From assembly GCF_009914755.1 (NCBI RefSeq), contig NC_060929.1: a DNA stretch of 64,000 nucleotides; one strand, written 5' to 3'. This document shows positions 44,075 through 57,874 of the stretch, piece after piece. Position numbers and translations under genes: made by a program. Within the stretch, counting starts at the first letter, position 1. Every line of letters begins with the position of its first letter. The stretch is from the human T2T-CHM13v2.0 reference genome, Homo sapiens. The notes beneath the pieces were generated by a model that was given only the letters and a program-made list of their open reading frames with translations, was not told where the DNA came from and made no database searches.

Positions 44075-44465
44075 ATAAATCAATATTTATAGAGTAGCTT
44101 TTGTATAGAGGCACTGTAGCAATTTCAAGGAGTTGATGATTAGTTAAACATGAATCTTGCTCTCCAAGAGCTATATACTAGAGTTGAAAAACAAAAAAGT
44201 GAAAGCAAAATACAAATTAAGTTACAGGGTAGTTTAGAAAAGAGAGGACTCACTTCAACTTAAGGTCAATCAGGGGAGGCTTTTTGGAGAAGCTGGCCTT
44301 TGTCCTGAGAGAATGAGTCAAATTTGGAATTATGGAGAATGATAGAAAAGGGATTCTAAGCAGAAGGAAGAGCACATGCAGAAACGTGGAAACGGGAAAT
44401 GTATAAAGTCTGAGAATAGCACAGACAAATTAGAAAATACAAGTGGGGCCTTATATTGACTTCTT
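44075..44465 (-). mobile_element. L2 fragment
   Basis: ATCAATATTTATAGAG...TCTTGCTCTCCAAGAGCT...TCAGGGGAGGCTT...GGATTCTAAGCAGAAGGAAGAGCACATGCA. Confidence 0.65.
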
Positions 44466-44489
44466 ATAGTGCTTTCATCATCAAAGAAG

Positions 44490-45945
44490 CTTGTATGGTA
44501 TTAGTGCAGGAAAGGGGAAAAAAAGATCTAATGAACAAATAACCAAACAAGCTAACCAATCAAAAACAAAAAAAAAACAAAAAACAGAAGCACTCATAGA
44601 AACATTCCCATATATATGTGGAAACTTGGTATATAATGGAGGACATTACATTTCAGAGGAGAAAAGGACTATTCAATCAAGAGTGCTGAAACAGTTATCC
44701 AAAGTGATGGAAAAGGATACAATTAGGTCTCCATCTCATCTCACACACAAAAACAAATTTCAGGTGGTTTAAAGACCTAAGTGTGAAACACAAACTGTGA
44801 AACTTTAGAAGAAATATTGAAGCATCTCTGGATGATACCAGAACAGGGATAGATTTTTTAAAGATGTCACAACAAACTAAAAGAAAACACTAATAAATTT
44901 GACTATTTGTATAAACTTCTAAATGAGAGTAGACGTCACAAGTAAACAGACACTGCAAAGCCAAAATGCAAGCCTCAGATGGGAGAATACATGTGCAGAG
45001 CATATAACTAAGAGTTGGTTTTCAGAATGTGAAAAGAAACTTTAAAGTCATTGTAGAAAACATAGTCAACTCGAGTGAAAAATAAGAAAATCCCCAAGAC
45101 GGGCAGTTCACAGAGGAATAAACTGAAATAGCCAATTAACATTTGAAGAGCGACCTCACTAGTAAACATAAAAGCAAATTAAAGCAATGAGATTTATTTT
45201 ATACTGATGGAATTGGAAAAAACCCAAACATCTGATGACTCTATGTGTAGGTGAAAACTACGGCAAAGTGGAACTCTTACACATTGTGGACAGGAGTGTA
45301 ATGATCAAGAACTACTGAGGAATGCAATTTGGCAATTGTCAGTAAAGTTCAAGATGTACACTCCACATCACATCTGGAAATTCCCCTCATATATATAGGT
45401 GTCTCTGAGCCTGGCTCAGACATGTCCACTAGAAGAGTTGAACGAGGATGTTCATTGCAATGCCATTCATAATAGTATGATTGGCCTCCATATCTATCCA
45501 TAAACAAATACATACATTATGATTTAGTTATATAATAAAATGCAATAGAGCAATTTAAATGACTGTACTAGATCTACATGTGTTAAATTGGACAAATCTC
45601 AAAAATATACTATTGATTGAAAATATCAGTTGTGTGCTCACAATATATTAAGTTTTAAACTTGATACCTCAGCAATATTATATATTGCATATATGTTAGG
45701 TAAGGCACCAAAACAAGCATGGAATTATACACACTAACCCCAAGATGATGGTTACCTCTAGGACTGAAGGAAGGAGAGAGCGGAGTATGTATTTGTGTGT
45801 GTATAAAAAGTCTGAAGGAATTGTGACAAAATATTTATACCTAGTAAATCTGAACATTGGGCACACAGATCTGTTATATTTTCCATATATATTTTTCTAT
45901 GTTTGAAATACTTTAAAGTGAAAACACATTAAAAAGAATAAAAAG
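44490..45945 (+). mobile_element. L1ME-like LINE-1 3' part (decayed ORF2 end and 3' UTR)
   Basis: AAAGGACTATTCAAT...TAAAGACCTAAGTGTGAAA...GGAACTCTTACACATTG...GGATGTTCATTGCA...ATGGTTACCTCT. Confidence 0.8.
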
Positions 45946-47167
45946 GGAAGTATTTAGATATGCCTTTCCCCTGTCCAAATGGCTATAGATGTACTGAGAA
46001 ATTCTTTCGGTATAGAACATTTAAAACTACAAAAAAAAAAGTTCAAAATATATATAGTTGAGACTGTAAGAAATGAATGAACTCGAACAGAGATAGTTGG
46101 CAAAACCTAAAACTGGCATTTCCCCTGGGCTATCAGCCAGACTTTTATAACCTAGAGCTTGAGTTATAAAAGGCTACAAGGGTCATAGAAAGCCAATACT
46201 GGATCCACAAAAGGTGGAAACTTGTATAACAGACCCTTACACAAAGGTAGGTTTCCTCAGACAACATCACCACAAATGAATGGTCCAGATATAAACCTGC
46301 CCAATAGATGCAATGAGGATTTATGTCTGTCACAGAACTCTCTCAAGTTTAGAAAGAAGGGCAGGAGCCAGATCATTGAAGTCTGATGTGACAACTGACC
46401 AACAATATATTCATACAGATTTTCTGGGGGGAAAAAAAGCAAAAGGAAAAAGAAAAACAGATGGTATGGCACTCCCCTAGAGGGAAAGACTTGGGTAGAA
46501 GTAGGCATGAAGACACGTGAGTAGGGCAGGGTATGAGATTGAAAGGAGAGGAGAGAGCCAGGAAAGCATGCCACCTCCTTTCTCATGTTTCATATGGCCA
46601 TCTCTCACTTGTACGGGCCAGGACAAGAGGCAGAAGTGATGTTCAACCGAAAGAGAATGAAAATAATGCCTTTGTTACTGATCCCCTTCTAATCCTGCCA
46701 TAGATTCTTAACTTAATCTCTGCTTTTTTCTCCACCTTCCTAAAGCCTACACATCTTCGTAAAGTCTAGCTTAGACTCACTTTCCCCATGAAGACTTCTC
46801 AAACAACTCTTCTTTGAAAGCTATAGTCTGTATTAAAACTTGAGTATAGGTCATCTTATTTTACAACTTATCATTACTTGGTTTGTGTTTTTCTTGTTTT
46901 CCCATTTGGATTACAAGTTGTTTTGCAGTCATACATATCTTATGGAATACCTAACACAGTGTTAAACATTAACAAATTCTTATTAATTGCTAGAAGGATT
47001 ATAGTTTCAATAATGAGTGGCAAATCTGAGGGGAGGATTTACCTGTAAAAAGTGTGGTCATTCCTGCTAGGAGTTCTACCCTTGAATCAGGCATTAACTG
47101 CTCTTTTTAACCTCAATTCTGTTAGTACTATAATGGTGAAATATTGAGTAATAATCATCTGTCATAA

Positions 47168-47185
47168 GTGTGTGTGTGTGTGCGC
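47168..47185. repeat. Short (TG)n microsatellite
   Basis: GTGTGTGTGTGTGTGCGC. Confidence 0.8.
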
Positions 47186-48919
47186 ATACTAATTACTTGA
47201 AGCTTTTTTTTTTTCTTAAAGCTATATGTTGCTCACCACTATTTGATCTCAGGCTTAACAGTTGAGGTTTAGGGTTACAAAAATGGGATCTATCTATACC
47301 TGATTAAGCAGAATCAATATTAATTGAAGGATTTAAGGTGGCTTAAAGAATCGATGAGGAGTTTGGAGAATCCAAGCTGGACCTGAACCACAGAAGACAA
47401 AAACTTGAGATAGAATACTGTATGTTAGAATCTCTTTTGTTGACACCGCTGTTGCTGGGCTCTCTTCAGCTTACCTTTGGAGTCTATTGCCCATACTTGC
47501 TCCACAGCACTGGGCTCTCATCTCTGTGGAATTCACTGGAAGACAGGTCGTGCACCTTTGCGTCTCATTCTTAACACTAAAAATCTTCGGAGTATCTGTT
47601 TGGGTGGGCTGAAATCGCCCCTTTAAAGGGTTGGGGAGAGAGTGTTAGTTCCCCTTTGGCATCAGCAGTGGAAAGTGCCTGCCATCCATCTTGGAATTCT
47701 CTCTGAATATGAAGAGTGCTTAGATGCTGGGAAGACAAAATGAAATGAGGCTATTGCACAGGAAGAAAAAAGGGAAATTAAAATCAAATGCAAAATGACA
47801 CTTCTAATCCATAAAATATATTAAGCATATTTATAGTGCCATGTTGTTTATAATATCAAATACATTGAAGGAAAGATATAGTTCTGTATGTTAATCAAGT
47901 TTGTAAATTTTGTAAAGGTACTGCTGATTTTGTCATTTCTGAGCAGCAATAATTTTGGCTGTAATTGTTACGTAGGATCCACACACAGTTCACCTTTCTA
48001 TAAAGCAGCAGCGGGATGAGCTCTTTTAACTTGGGACATCTGAAGGCATCGAAAGGGTTAGTTGAGAATGACTTAACATGTCTTAAATGAGAATATATTA
48101 ACATATACACATATGCATTACTCTTGAGAGAACTCAGGTATACAGATATAGCACTAACTGTGGTTTACAACAGCGTCTCTGTATAAAAATCTCAAATTTC
48201 TCCTTGTTAATAAACTCACGACTTGCTATTACCTGTGAGAGTTGCTTTTATTCTGCTTCTCATTGGTCTTTCCCCAGATTCCTCTGGTCTTCTTTTGTGT
48301 GTCCCACACTGCTGTTGACACACGCTTGTCCTGGGAAGTGACTTTGTTGTTTCGGGGCACTATTACTATTTCCAGAAATCTTGGAACCTGTTTCTACAAA
48401 CTTCCTTGAAAAGTCTGTCTATGAGCAGTCTTTATTGTTGCTCCCCCAAATAGTGGAATAGTGGCTGTTTATTACACCTATTTTCTCTAGCTGATGCTGT
48501 TTATGTTCTGATTCTTTAATCAGCCTTCTGTGTCTGATGTGCTCTTACAGTGATGAAATAGGTTAAATTCCAATTTAATTGCTCAAAAGAATGACTCCTT
48601 AGTTGTGATCTTAGCTGAAAAAATATTTTGTGATTGGACACTTTATCCATATTTGGACTCCAACACCTCCTATGCACCACTGTGAAGCATCCTCCCTGGG
48701 AGTGGGCGTTCACAGTGGAGGCAGTGGGGGCAGAGGCCATGAGGACACTGAGCAGAAGGGCAGCACACCCAAAATTGACTTCGGAGAGGAGGAAACTGAA
48801 CAACGTACCTCCTAATTTTTTACGTGCCTATTTTTTATGCTTGAAATTTTGGGGGATGAGGAATAATGGTTCTATAAAGCCTAGGCAACATATTATAGTC
48901 ACAGAGATCTCAGTGGGGT

Positions 48920-49048
48920 TTTTCTTTCTTTCTTTTTTTAATTTCCGTAGGTTTTCGGGGAACAGGTCGTGTTTGGTTACATGAATGAGTTATTTAATGG
49001 TGATTTCTGAGATTTTGGTACACCCATCCCCTAAGCAGTATCCAGTGA
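48920..49048 (-). mobile_element. L1PB-like extreme 3' end fragment
   Basis: T-tail, then TAGGTTTTCGGGGAACAGGTCGTGTTTGGTTACATGAAT...GGTGATTTCTGAGATTTTGGTACACCCATC. Confidence 0.85.
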
Positions 49049-49377
49049 CAGTAATATTCTTTAACACTTAAGTGACTGGCTATCTCCAAACAGGGGACTT
49101 TTTTTTGCAACTAAGTTGTGTGTGACCTTGAGTAAGTCTTCCCATGCCTCTGAGTGTCAATTCTAGAATGTGCAAAATGAGGACACTCAAGGAACTCTGA
49201 AGTGTTTTACCATTATAATTATAAATTGAGTGAGTTGTACCTTCAGTGAAAGATATGGCATTGAAAGTTTATACTTGTTAAATGATCTATAAATCAAATA
49301 CAATGATAACATAAGTTTGATGTTTTATTCCTTTATGCAGGTCAACTCTTAGTAAAGACAAAGCCAATGACATGGAG

Positions 49378-49767
49378 TAGATGTTAGCAAACCATGACCC
49401 CCCACCAGCCAAATAAGCCCTGCTGTCTGTTTTTGTCAACATTTTATTTGCATACAGTCAAACTTGCTCATTTATGTATTGTCTGTGGCTGCTTTTGTGC
49501 ACAATGGCAGAGTTGAGTGATTGTGACAGAGATAGGGTTGCCGGATAGAATACAAGAAATCTAGTTAAATTTGAATTTCAGATAAACAAAAATATTGCAT
49601 GGGACGTACACTAAAAAAAATTTGTTGCTTATTTGAAGTTCAAATGTAACTAGGTGTGTTGCATTTGTCTTTGCTAAATCTGTCAGTCCTAGACAGAGAC
49701 GGTTTGGCCCACAAAGCCTAAAATATTTTTCACCTGGCTTTCTATAGCCAAAGTTTGCCAACTGCTG
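49378..49767. mobile_element. MER58A hAT-Charlie element, interrupted by MER53
   Basis: TTTATGTATTGTCTGTGGCTGCTTT...CAATGGCAGAGTTGAGT...GACAGAGA[insert]...GGCCCACAAAGCCTAAAATATTT...AAAGTTTGCCAACTGCTG. Confidence 0.88.
49533..49691. mobile_element. MER53 palindromic hAT MITE
   Basis: TAGGGTTGCC...CTAGTTAAATTTGAATTTCAGATAAACAA...TTGCTAAATCTGTCAGTCCTA; perfect 8-bp TSD GACAGAGA at 49525-49532 and 49692-49699. Confidence 0.9.
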
Positions 49768-49789
49768 ATATAGAGGACAGATTTCTGAG

Positions 49790-49960
49790 CTAGTAAGAAA
49801 GAAACTCCTGACTTTCAGACCTGGTTTTGTTACTAATTTGCTGTCTAACATTAGATTAGACCTTAGTTTATATATCTACAAGTGAGTCTAATAATACCAG
49901 CTTCTCAGGGTTGTTTGAGGATTGCTGACATTAAGGGTGAGAAGGCACTTAGAGAGGAGC
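49790..49960 (+). mobile_element. MIR SINE
   Basis: CAGACCTGGTTTTGTTACTAATTTGCTG...CTTAGTTT...ATAATACCAGCTTCTCAGGGTTGTTTGAGGATT. Confidence 0.65.
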
Positions 49961-50659
49961 ACAAATGGAATGGAGATAGGGTTCATGTTAAAGTTCCAGA
50001 GGGCAAGGGTACATTTCCAAACATTGCACTATGGACCCTTAGGTTATACTCCTCCTCTTATTGAACCCTATTGTTTCTGGTCTCTGTATTCTTCCTGGAT
50101 ACAGAGCCAAAAGGACATAGTAGCATAAAGTATGGTGTAGCTAGAAGGAAGGGTGATAACCAGATACTCTTCACAAAAGCCAGTTGACTAGATGTTAGAT
50201 GAAACTTCAAACACATCTTTTTATTTATTTGATATAGCTTTATGCTAGATAGTATTTTAGACTATGGATTAGGAATACGTGTAACTGTTTTTTTCCTGTC
50301 TTAAAGAAAATATCGTTATTTAGGAATCAGACATGGGAGTGATAGTTCTTATTCCTCATTTTGACAGCTCTAGCATTAGTGAGAGCAGAGGCTATATTTC
50401 AAAGGCATGGTGACCCTAATTTCATTTCTGCACAGAGGCAGAGCGAAACAATGTGACGAAGTGAAAAAAGGAAGGACATTAATGCTACTGTTATGCCACT
50501 TTAAGAGAATTATTCCAGTCCGCTCGGAATAATTAATCTGTTGTACAACATTTGATGAGGTGCTCACCAAATTACTGCTACATGCTGCATTAAAAATTTT
50601 GTCAGCTTTGTTCTGCTTTGGAATCCTGTGCTTATGAGAACTTTACCTTAGGCAGAGGT

Positions 50660-50850
50660 GAGTACTATCTTCTGTGCTCTTATAACACTTTAAATATAGT
50701 TTTATTATGGCCTAATAATTTATTGTTTATTTGCTTTCCCAGTGGGTGGTGATTATCTTGACATCAGAAGTTTCTATTCATCTTTATATCCTTAGCACAT
50801 AACTTGGTGCTAGTAGACACCACATAGATGGTGATTGAATGAGCTGAGTA
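50660..50850 (+). mobile_element. L2 3' end fragment
   Basis: TATTCATCTTTATATCCTTAGCACATAAC...GGTGATTGAATGAG. Confidence 0.55.
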
Positions 50851-52329
50851 AATATGAAACCGATAGAATCACTTTTATACTCTAAAATGCTGTACTGCTT
50901 CACCTCAGCTTATGTTATCGAATTAATTTTTTTCAGTGGCTCAATCATTATTTGTTGTATATTTGGAATTATGATATGATTACTATTCTTCATAACTCTT
51001 ATCTTTCTCTCTTTGGCAATCTGACCTGCCAACGTGGATTCCACTCTTCACTCAATGTAAATCTCGATTGGGTAACTCTAAACCCTCCCTCCTTTCCAAA
51101 GTCCAGTCCTGGATACCTCTACCTGGACATTCAGTCACACTAAATATTCCATATGCAAAGTCTACTAAAAATATCAGAGGAACTGGAAGACAGAAGACAG
51201 ACAGCTAATTCTAGCTCTTCTACTAACTGGCTGGGTAAACTTGTCAAGTCATTTAACTTCTCTGCCTAACATAAGGCAGTAGTTGCAATAATAGTTTCCA
51301 AACTGTTTACAGCGCAGCTTTGTAGCATTCTGAAACAACAAAAGGCATCATAAGCATTTAATATTGGCTATGCATTACTTGTACTAAGTTGTGAAAATAT
51401 AGAACTCAAAGGAGATTGGTGAAAAATGCATTGTAATTTTTCAAAGCATTTCTCTTAAGCAGTAAAATAGAGGCTTTTTTTCAGAAGACAATCTGTTAGA
51501 ATTTTGCCACCACAGCTCCACTGCTGATGAAATAGAACCTGGGTATCACAGGAATGCTATGGAAGCCAATGTAAACCACACAGCCAACTCCTCTGGGAAT
51601 GACTTATATTACTGCTTGGGCCAATTTTAAAGAAAATCCTGTGTCAGCACTTTCTGTGATGGTCACTGGGCCTTGCAGAGCTGCCTCATTTGGAACAGAC
51701 TGCTTCAGGGTATATTAATGTCAGGACACACTGCTTCTCATTATAGCTCCCACCAATCCAGGTGCCAAGGCCAAGATATACTAGAACGTGAATACAGGGC
51801 CCACTTGGCAAGAAATACATGTTGTCAGAGCAGAGGTCTAAGACTACACTGTCTTTGGGTGAGAATGGGTGGTCTGACTTGAATGGGACTTGAATGGGAC
51901 TTGGCATCACTACATGCAAAGTTATTAACTACCTGGAGCCATAAGTGGGAATATGATGTGTTTGATAACAAATATGTTAAAATGTACCATTTGTTTTTAT
52001 GTATAATTTTTTAAGGTCCATTTCCTGATTTTTTTTTTCTTTAAATAAATGAAATGGAAAGCTTTTCACTCAAGGATAACTTCAACCTTTCTAAACATGA
52101 TTCTTGTCCATTTCATATCTGGTCTTTATTATCAGGCCAATCACCCATGCATTATGAACCCATGAAATTATGAAGGCAGGTCATGAATATACTCTGATGT
52201 TCATGGACATTGGGTTTATAAAATCTCACTTATCTCCTCCTGCATGGTTACCACTATGATCTTAGCACAGCTCCACCCCAATTTCTTTGCTATTATGACT
52301 TAAATTTGAAAATGCCTCTGGCTTGAGTG

Positions 52330-52570
52330 TTGTCCTAGATATGTGGATCTGAGGCATCTATACAAGTGGGGTGCCCAGCTGGAAAGTGTAGCCATATACT
52401 TTCAGTTCAGGAAAGAGATCTGAGCTGAAAATATGAAATTGAGATTAATCAGCACTAGATAGTTATTGAGAGTATTGAAGTAAACGAGGCAACCTAGGGC
52501 CTGAGTATAATGAGAAGGGTGTCTGAGGAAACTTTGAGAAACATTTAAAGGACTTAGCATGAGAAGATTG
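52330..52570 (-). mobile_element. L2 fragment
   Basis: TGAGGCATCTATACAAGTGG...TTCAGGAAAGAGATCTGAGCTGAAAATATGAAATTGAGATTAATCAGCA. Confidence 0.6.
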
Positions 52571-52901
52571 AAGGTCATCCTGAGAAAGGTCTCTCTGTTT
52601 CTTCCTAATGAGATGTACACTGAGAGCTGTTCTTCTGCTTGCTTTGTTAATGTGGCATTGACGACTTTTACCTCCTTTGTCCTTAACCACAGCTTTAGAT
52701 TGAGTCATGTTGAATTTGTCAATAACTCTTGTTGACATATTTTTTTAGTCTATAGATAGACAGTTTTCTCTTTACTGGCCAATTCAGTCATTTGACTGGA
52801 CTTCAACTAGTATTTTTTGAGATCTTCCTTAGAGGTTTGTAGTCAGTAGCAGTTAAAAGGACTTTAAATGTGAAAGTTTAAATTTGTCATATGAGAAAAC
52901 C

Positions 52902-53117
52902 TGTGGTCCTCAACCAGGGGTGATTTTGCCCTGCATGGGACATTTGTCCAGGCCTGAGACATTTTTTATTTTCGCCACTGTTTATGTGGGGATGCTACTG
53001 GCATCTGGTGATGAGAAACCGGGGATGCTGCTAAGTATCTTCCAATGCACAGGATAGCCACCCCCAACAGCAAAGAATTAGCTGGTCTAAAGTGTCAGTA
53101 GCGCACAAGAAACCAAG
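52902..53117. mobile_element. MER20 hAT-Charlie element
   Basis: GTGGTCCTCAACCAGGGGTGATTTTGCCC...GGGACATTTG...GATGCTACTGGCATCT...GGGATGCTGCTAA...AATGCACAGGA. Confidence 0.88.
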
Positions 53118-53129
53118 GTGTAAAAAGAT

Positions 53130-53600
53130 GATACTCAAAGATTTTTAAGCAAGGAAGTTGTATTCCCAGGTTCATATTTTAAAGACCACTCTACTGTAAG
53201 GAAAATAGATGGGTGGTAGAGGTGGGAAGGGAGAAGAATGGAAACCAGGTAGGATGCTGTGGTGGTCTCCTAGACAGGAGCTGTTAGTTACCTGAGTTAT
53301 TGTGGTGGGAGCGAAGATGGAGAGAAGCAGATGGAATCAAAATATGTTTTGGGGGAAGAAATGTTAGGACTTGTCAGTGATTGAATATTAGTATTAAAGC
53401 AGGGGAATAAATCATTCTGAACCGTCAAATTTCTGTCTTGAGAATCTAGGGAATGCTTATTTAATGACTTGAGGAAAATGGGCAAGAAGTAAGCTTGGGG
53501 GCTGAGTTAAGTTTCAAGTCTATTAAGTTTGAGATCCTGTGTGAATTTCAAATGAAGCAGGCAGCTGGATTTATATGAGTTAGAAAGTCAGAACATTTAG
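53130..53600 (-). mobile_element. L2 fragment
   Basis: GATTTTTAAGCAAGG...GATGGAGAGAAGCAGATGGAATCAA...AGGACTTGTCAGTGATTGAAT...TTAAGTTTGAGAT. Confidence 0.65.
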
Positions 53601-53782
53601 AATGTGGCTGCACACACCATATTTCTATGTTGTCAAAGAAGATATAACATGGTTGAGAGGTACATACCTTGAGTAAGAGCTGGTTTCTAGCTCTGCCACT
53701 TACTTGCATAAATCTAAGCAATTTACTACTCCTCTATGAAAATACCAGTTCCCCTGTGAATGAAAGAAATGTATTAAACTAG

Positions 53783-54402
53783 GTAAGGTTTTTCAACCAA
53801 TTCATCGCCAGCAATACCTTCTATTAATTTTCTCTCATTGAGCCCATGTTTAAAATTTTTTAATCATCTTAATGTACTACATTCATCATGAAACAATATA
53901 TTAATTTTATCTGTGCCATCAATGTTTTTTCATTTTAATGTTGGTTCAGATTTTAAAGGCTTGTTAATTATGGCTTATTGGCTATAATAATAAGGGATCC
54001 GAGAAATGAAGTTCAAATGCCGACATATGTTAGAACGGCTGACTGCTACTGATAATTAACTTCTGCTCTTTTTCATTTCAGGATCATTTCTATACCAGAT
54101 ATATGCAGTTTGGGTTCTGAGATCTCCTGACATATGATTATGTTAACAAGTATAAACCAGCTATCATGTATAACTAGTTAAAACTTCTGATCACAAATAG
54201 ATAACTAGCACTGTATTATTGTATTACAATTACAGTATGTGATAAAACAGATTTGATAAAATTTCATGCAAAGCAAATATCCTGACATTTTAGTTAGTCT
54301 GATATCTTCACTGTAAGTAAATATTTCCATTCTTCAAAAAAAATTGAAATTAGCTCATAATCACTGTTGTGACATTTATTGATCTGAGACTGAAAACCAC
54401 TG
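53783..54402. mobile_element. Probable ancient hAT-Charlie remnant
   Basis: TIR-like ends AAGGTTTTTCAACC and TGAAAACCACTG around an AT-rich interior; family not resolved. Confidence 0.4.
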
Positions 54403-55281
54403 GACTTGATAACGTTTAGTGCTTTAGCCTTAACACCTTTCGATTCATGTCCTTTTTTATATTGTATTCTGGTTGCTACTCATAATACTTCTAAATTTAA
54501 AAATCATGTAGCCATGTACTTGCATTTGCTACTAGATATTTTTAGCATTGCAACTCTTTAGCAGTGGGACCAATCAATAATTTCAAGGTGGTTTGTCACT
54601 TTCTTCTTAAGTCAAGGTTTTATGATGTAAAGTTACATAAATTTCTTATGAAGAGAATTACAGAATATATGTGATATATCAAACAGGTATGGAAGAGTTA
54701 ACTGCGGAGAGATGAGCAAGAATTTTATGACTATGATCTGAAAATAATCATTGCTTGGGGAACAGGCAGGTGCTGGCAAGACAGCAGGGAATCACAATCA
54801 CAGACCTTGCTGCTGTGAGGAGTCCAAGTAGGTAGAAAGGGAGAACATGAGAATATACAAATGGATAATGGGCAAGCAGGCAGCACAAAGAAATCCCCAA
54901 ACCAGGTGCTAGGAACATTGAATAGCAGATCTTTGACTTCCAAGTACTACTACCAGATAGGTAGTAGTCATTCAGGGAAGCTGGAGTGTAGTTATGAGGG
55001 ACTGACCTCTGGGCATTATCAGCATTGGGGTTTTGGCAAAGGAAAACAAAGGAACAGGAATATCAGGTGGCATCTCAGCCTCTGGAGGAGGCTCCACTTA
55101 GTAAAATGCAGAGTCAAGTTCAAAGCTGAAGGAGTGAGTGTCATACTGCCAAGTCCTTGAGGGTTAACAGCAAGTGGCAGAAATCCAGTCTAATTTAGTT
55201 TAAGAAAAAATGGAAAGTGTAGGGCCATATAATTTAGAAGTCCAAAAGGTTGTGTAGTGGTTTTATTTTCTTTTATTTTAG

Positions 55282-55284
<3 letters not shown>

Positions 55285-55323
<39 letters not shown>
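55285..55323. repeat. (TTA)13 microsatellite in the L1 tail
   Basis: 13 uninterrupted TTA units counted. Confidence 0.93.
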
Positions 55324-55325
<2 letters not shown>

Positions 55326-55523
55326 CTTTAAGTTTTAGGGTACATGTGCACAACATGCAGGTTTGTTACATATGTATACATGTGCCATGTTGGTGTGCTG
55401 CACCCATTAACTTGTCATTTAGCATTAGGTATATCTCCTAATGCTATCCTTCCCCCTCCCCCCACCTCACAACAGTCCCTAGTGGGTGATGTTCCCCTTC
55501 CTGTGTCCATGTGTTCTCATTGT

Positions 55524-56515
<992 letters not shown>

Positions 56516-56538
56516 TTACATATGGCCAGCCAGTTTTC

Positions 56539-56990
56539 TGTGTAGTGGTTTTAAATGTCTACATTGAAACGAATTCTCCTGTCCTTGACTGTGGGCTGGA
56601 TTTAGTGATTCAGTTCCAGCGAATACAATACAGTGGAAGTACAGTGTGTGACTTTGGGAGACTAGGTCATAAATGGCTCTGTGACTTCTTGCTTGCTCTC
56701 GGTCTCAGATCACTCACTCTTGGGGACTCATGTCATGAAGATACTCAGAGAGCCCTGTGGAAAGACCCACATGGCAATGAACTGAGACCTTATCCTGCAA
56801 TCTCATATAATCTTCAGATGACTGTAGCCTTCTATAACTTTACCACAGTGCATGAAAAACCCTGCACTAGAGCCACCCAGCTAAGCCACTCCTAGATTTC
56901 TGACCCTCAGAAACTGTGAGAAGTAACCCACTGCCATTTTAAGTTATTAAGTTTTGGGTAATTTGTTATGCAGCAGTAGATAACTAATAA
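56539..56990 (+). mobile_element. MLT1F-like MaLR LTR
   Basis: CCTTGACTGTGGGCTGGATTTAGTGA...GACTAGGTCATAAA...GCCACCCAGCTAAGCCACTCCTAGATTTCTGACCCTCAGAAACTGTGAGA...TTTGTTATGCAGCAGTAGATAACTAATA. Confidence 0.85.
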
Positions 56991-57874
56991 AGGAGGACCC
57001 AGTTTCAGATATGGCTGGATCCTGGCACTCAAATGTTGTAGTCAACAGACCATGCTATTCTATTTTCTTATCTCTGTTTTCCCAACTTATTTCTTTGTCC
57101 TTGAGCTAGCTCTCTGTATGTGGCATAGGAGATGGCTACAGGTAATCATAAGCTTGCATCCTCATGGCTCATGACTTAGGAGAGGGATTCTATTTTCCCC
57201 AGGGTCCACATAGGACATCTAAAGAAAGGATTCTTATCTGACTCCGTTTAGTCATGTATCCACCATGTGTGCACTCTGTCCAGGGAGATATCATAGAGTG
57301 ACTGCTGGAGTTCACTCTTGTGCTCACCCTTTTGGCTGCATGTGAAGCCTCATTGTCCCCAGCCATCTCCCACTGCATGAAATGTGGAGAGAGAATTCCC
57401 TCATAGCAGGTACTAATGACAGAAGAAAGGGGTTAGGAGTGCCGGTGCAGAGAAAACAAAAAAAGTCTGGCACAAGTGGAATCAGGTGGAATCTGAAGAT
57501 TCCACTTCTGATTTTGTTCTTCTACAACTATCCACTCGGAGCAATCTCAATAACTTTAAATAACTGACACATATGTTAAATAATTGTTGACATCAACTTT
57601 TAAAATATAGTAGCACCACTGTTATTATCTAGCTATCTTCTCTATCCTAAACAAGCTCAAGAACCAAGAAGTAAAGAGGCACAAAATATAATGGGTTTTA
57701 TTAATAGATAGGCCCTCTGGTCTTCCTTCTGAGGGCCAATTTTCTTTTTTTATTTTTTACTCTACCACTTTAAGAAGTCGAATGTATAGCTCAAGATGGG
57801 ATATCCTGGGAACTCACCACACCCACAACCCAGTGCTTCAGAGGAGTAGCTGCCAGTGTCATCTTATGCATAGT

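Noticed and set aside
51876-51902. GACTTGAATGG x2.5, and similar micro-duplications at 20119-20149 and 34499-34548
   Set aside because: Ordinary short slippage duplications with no further structure.
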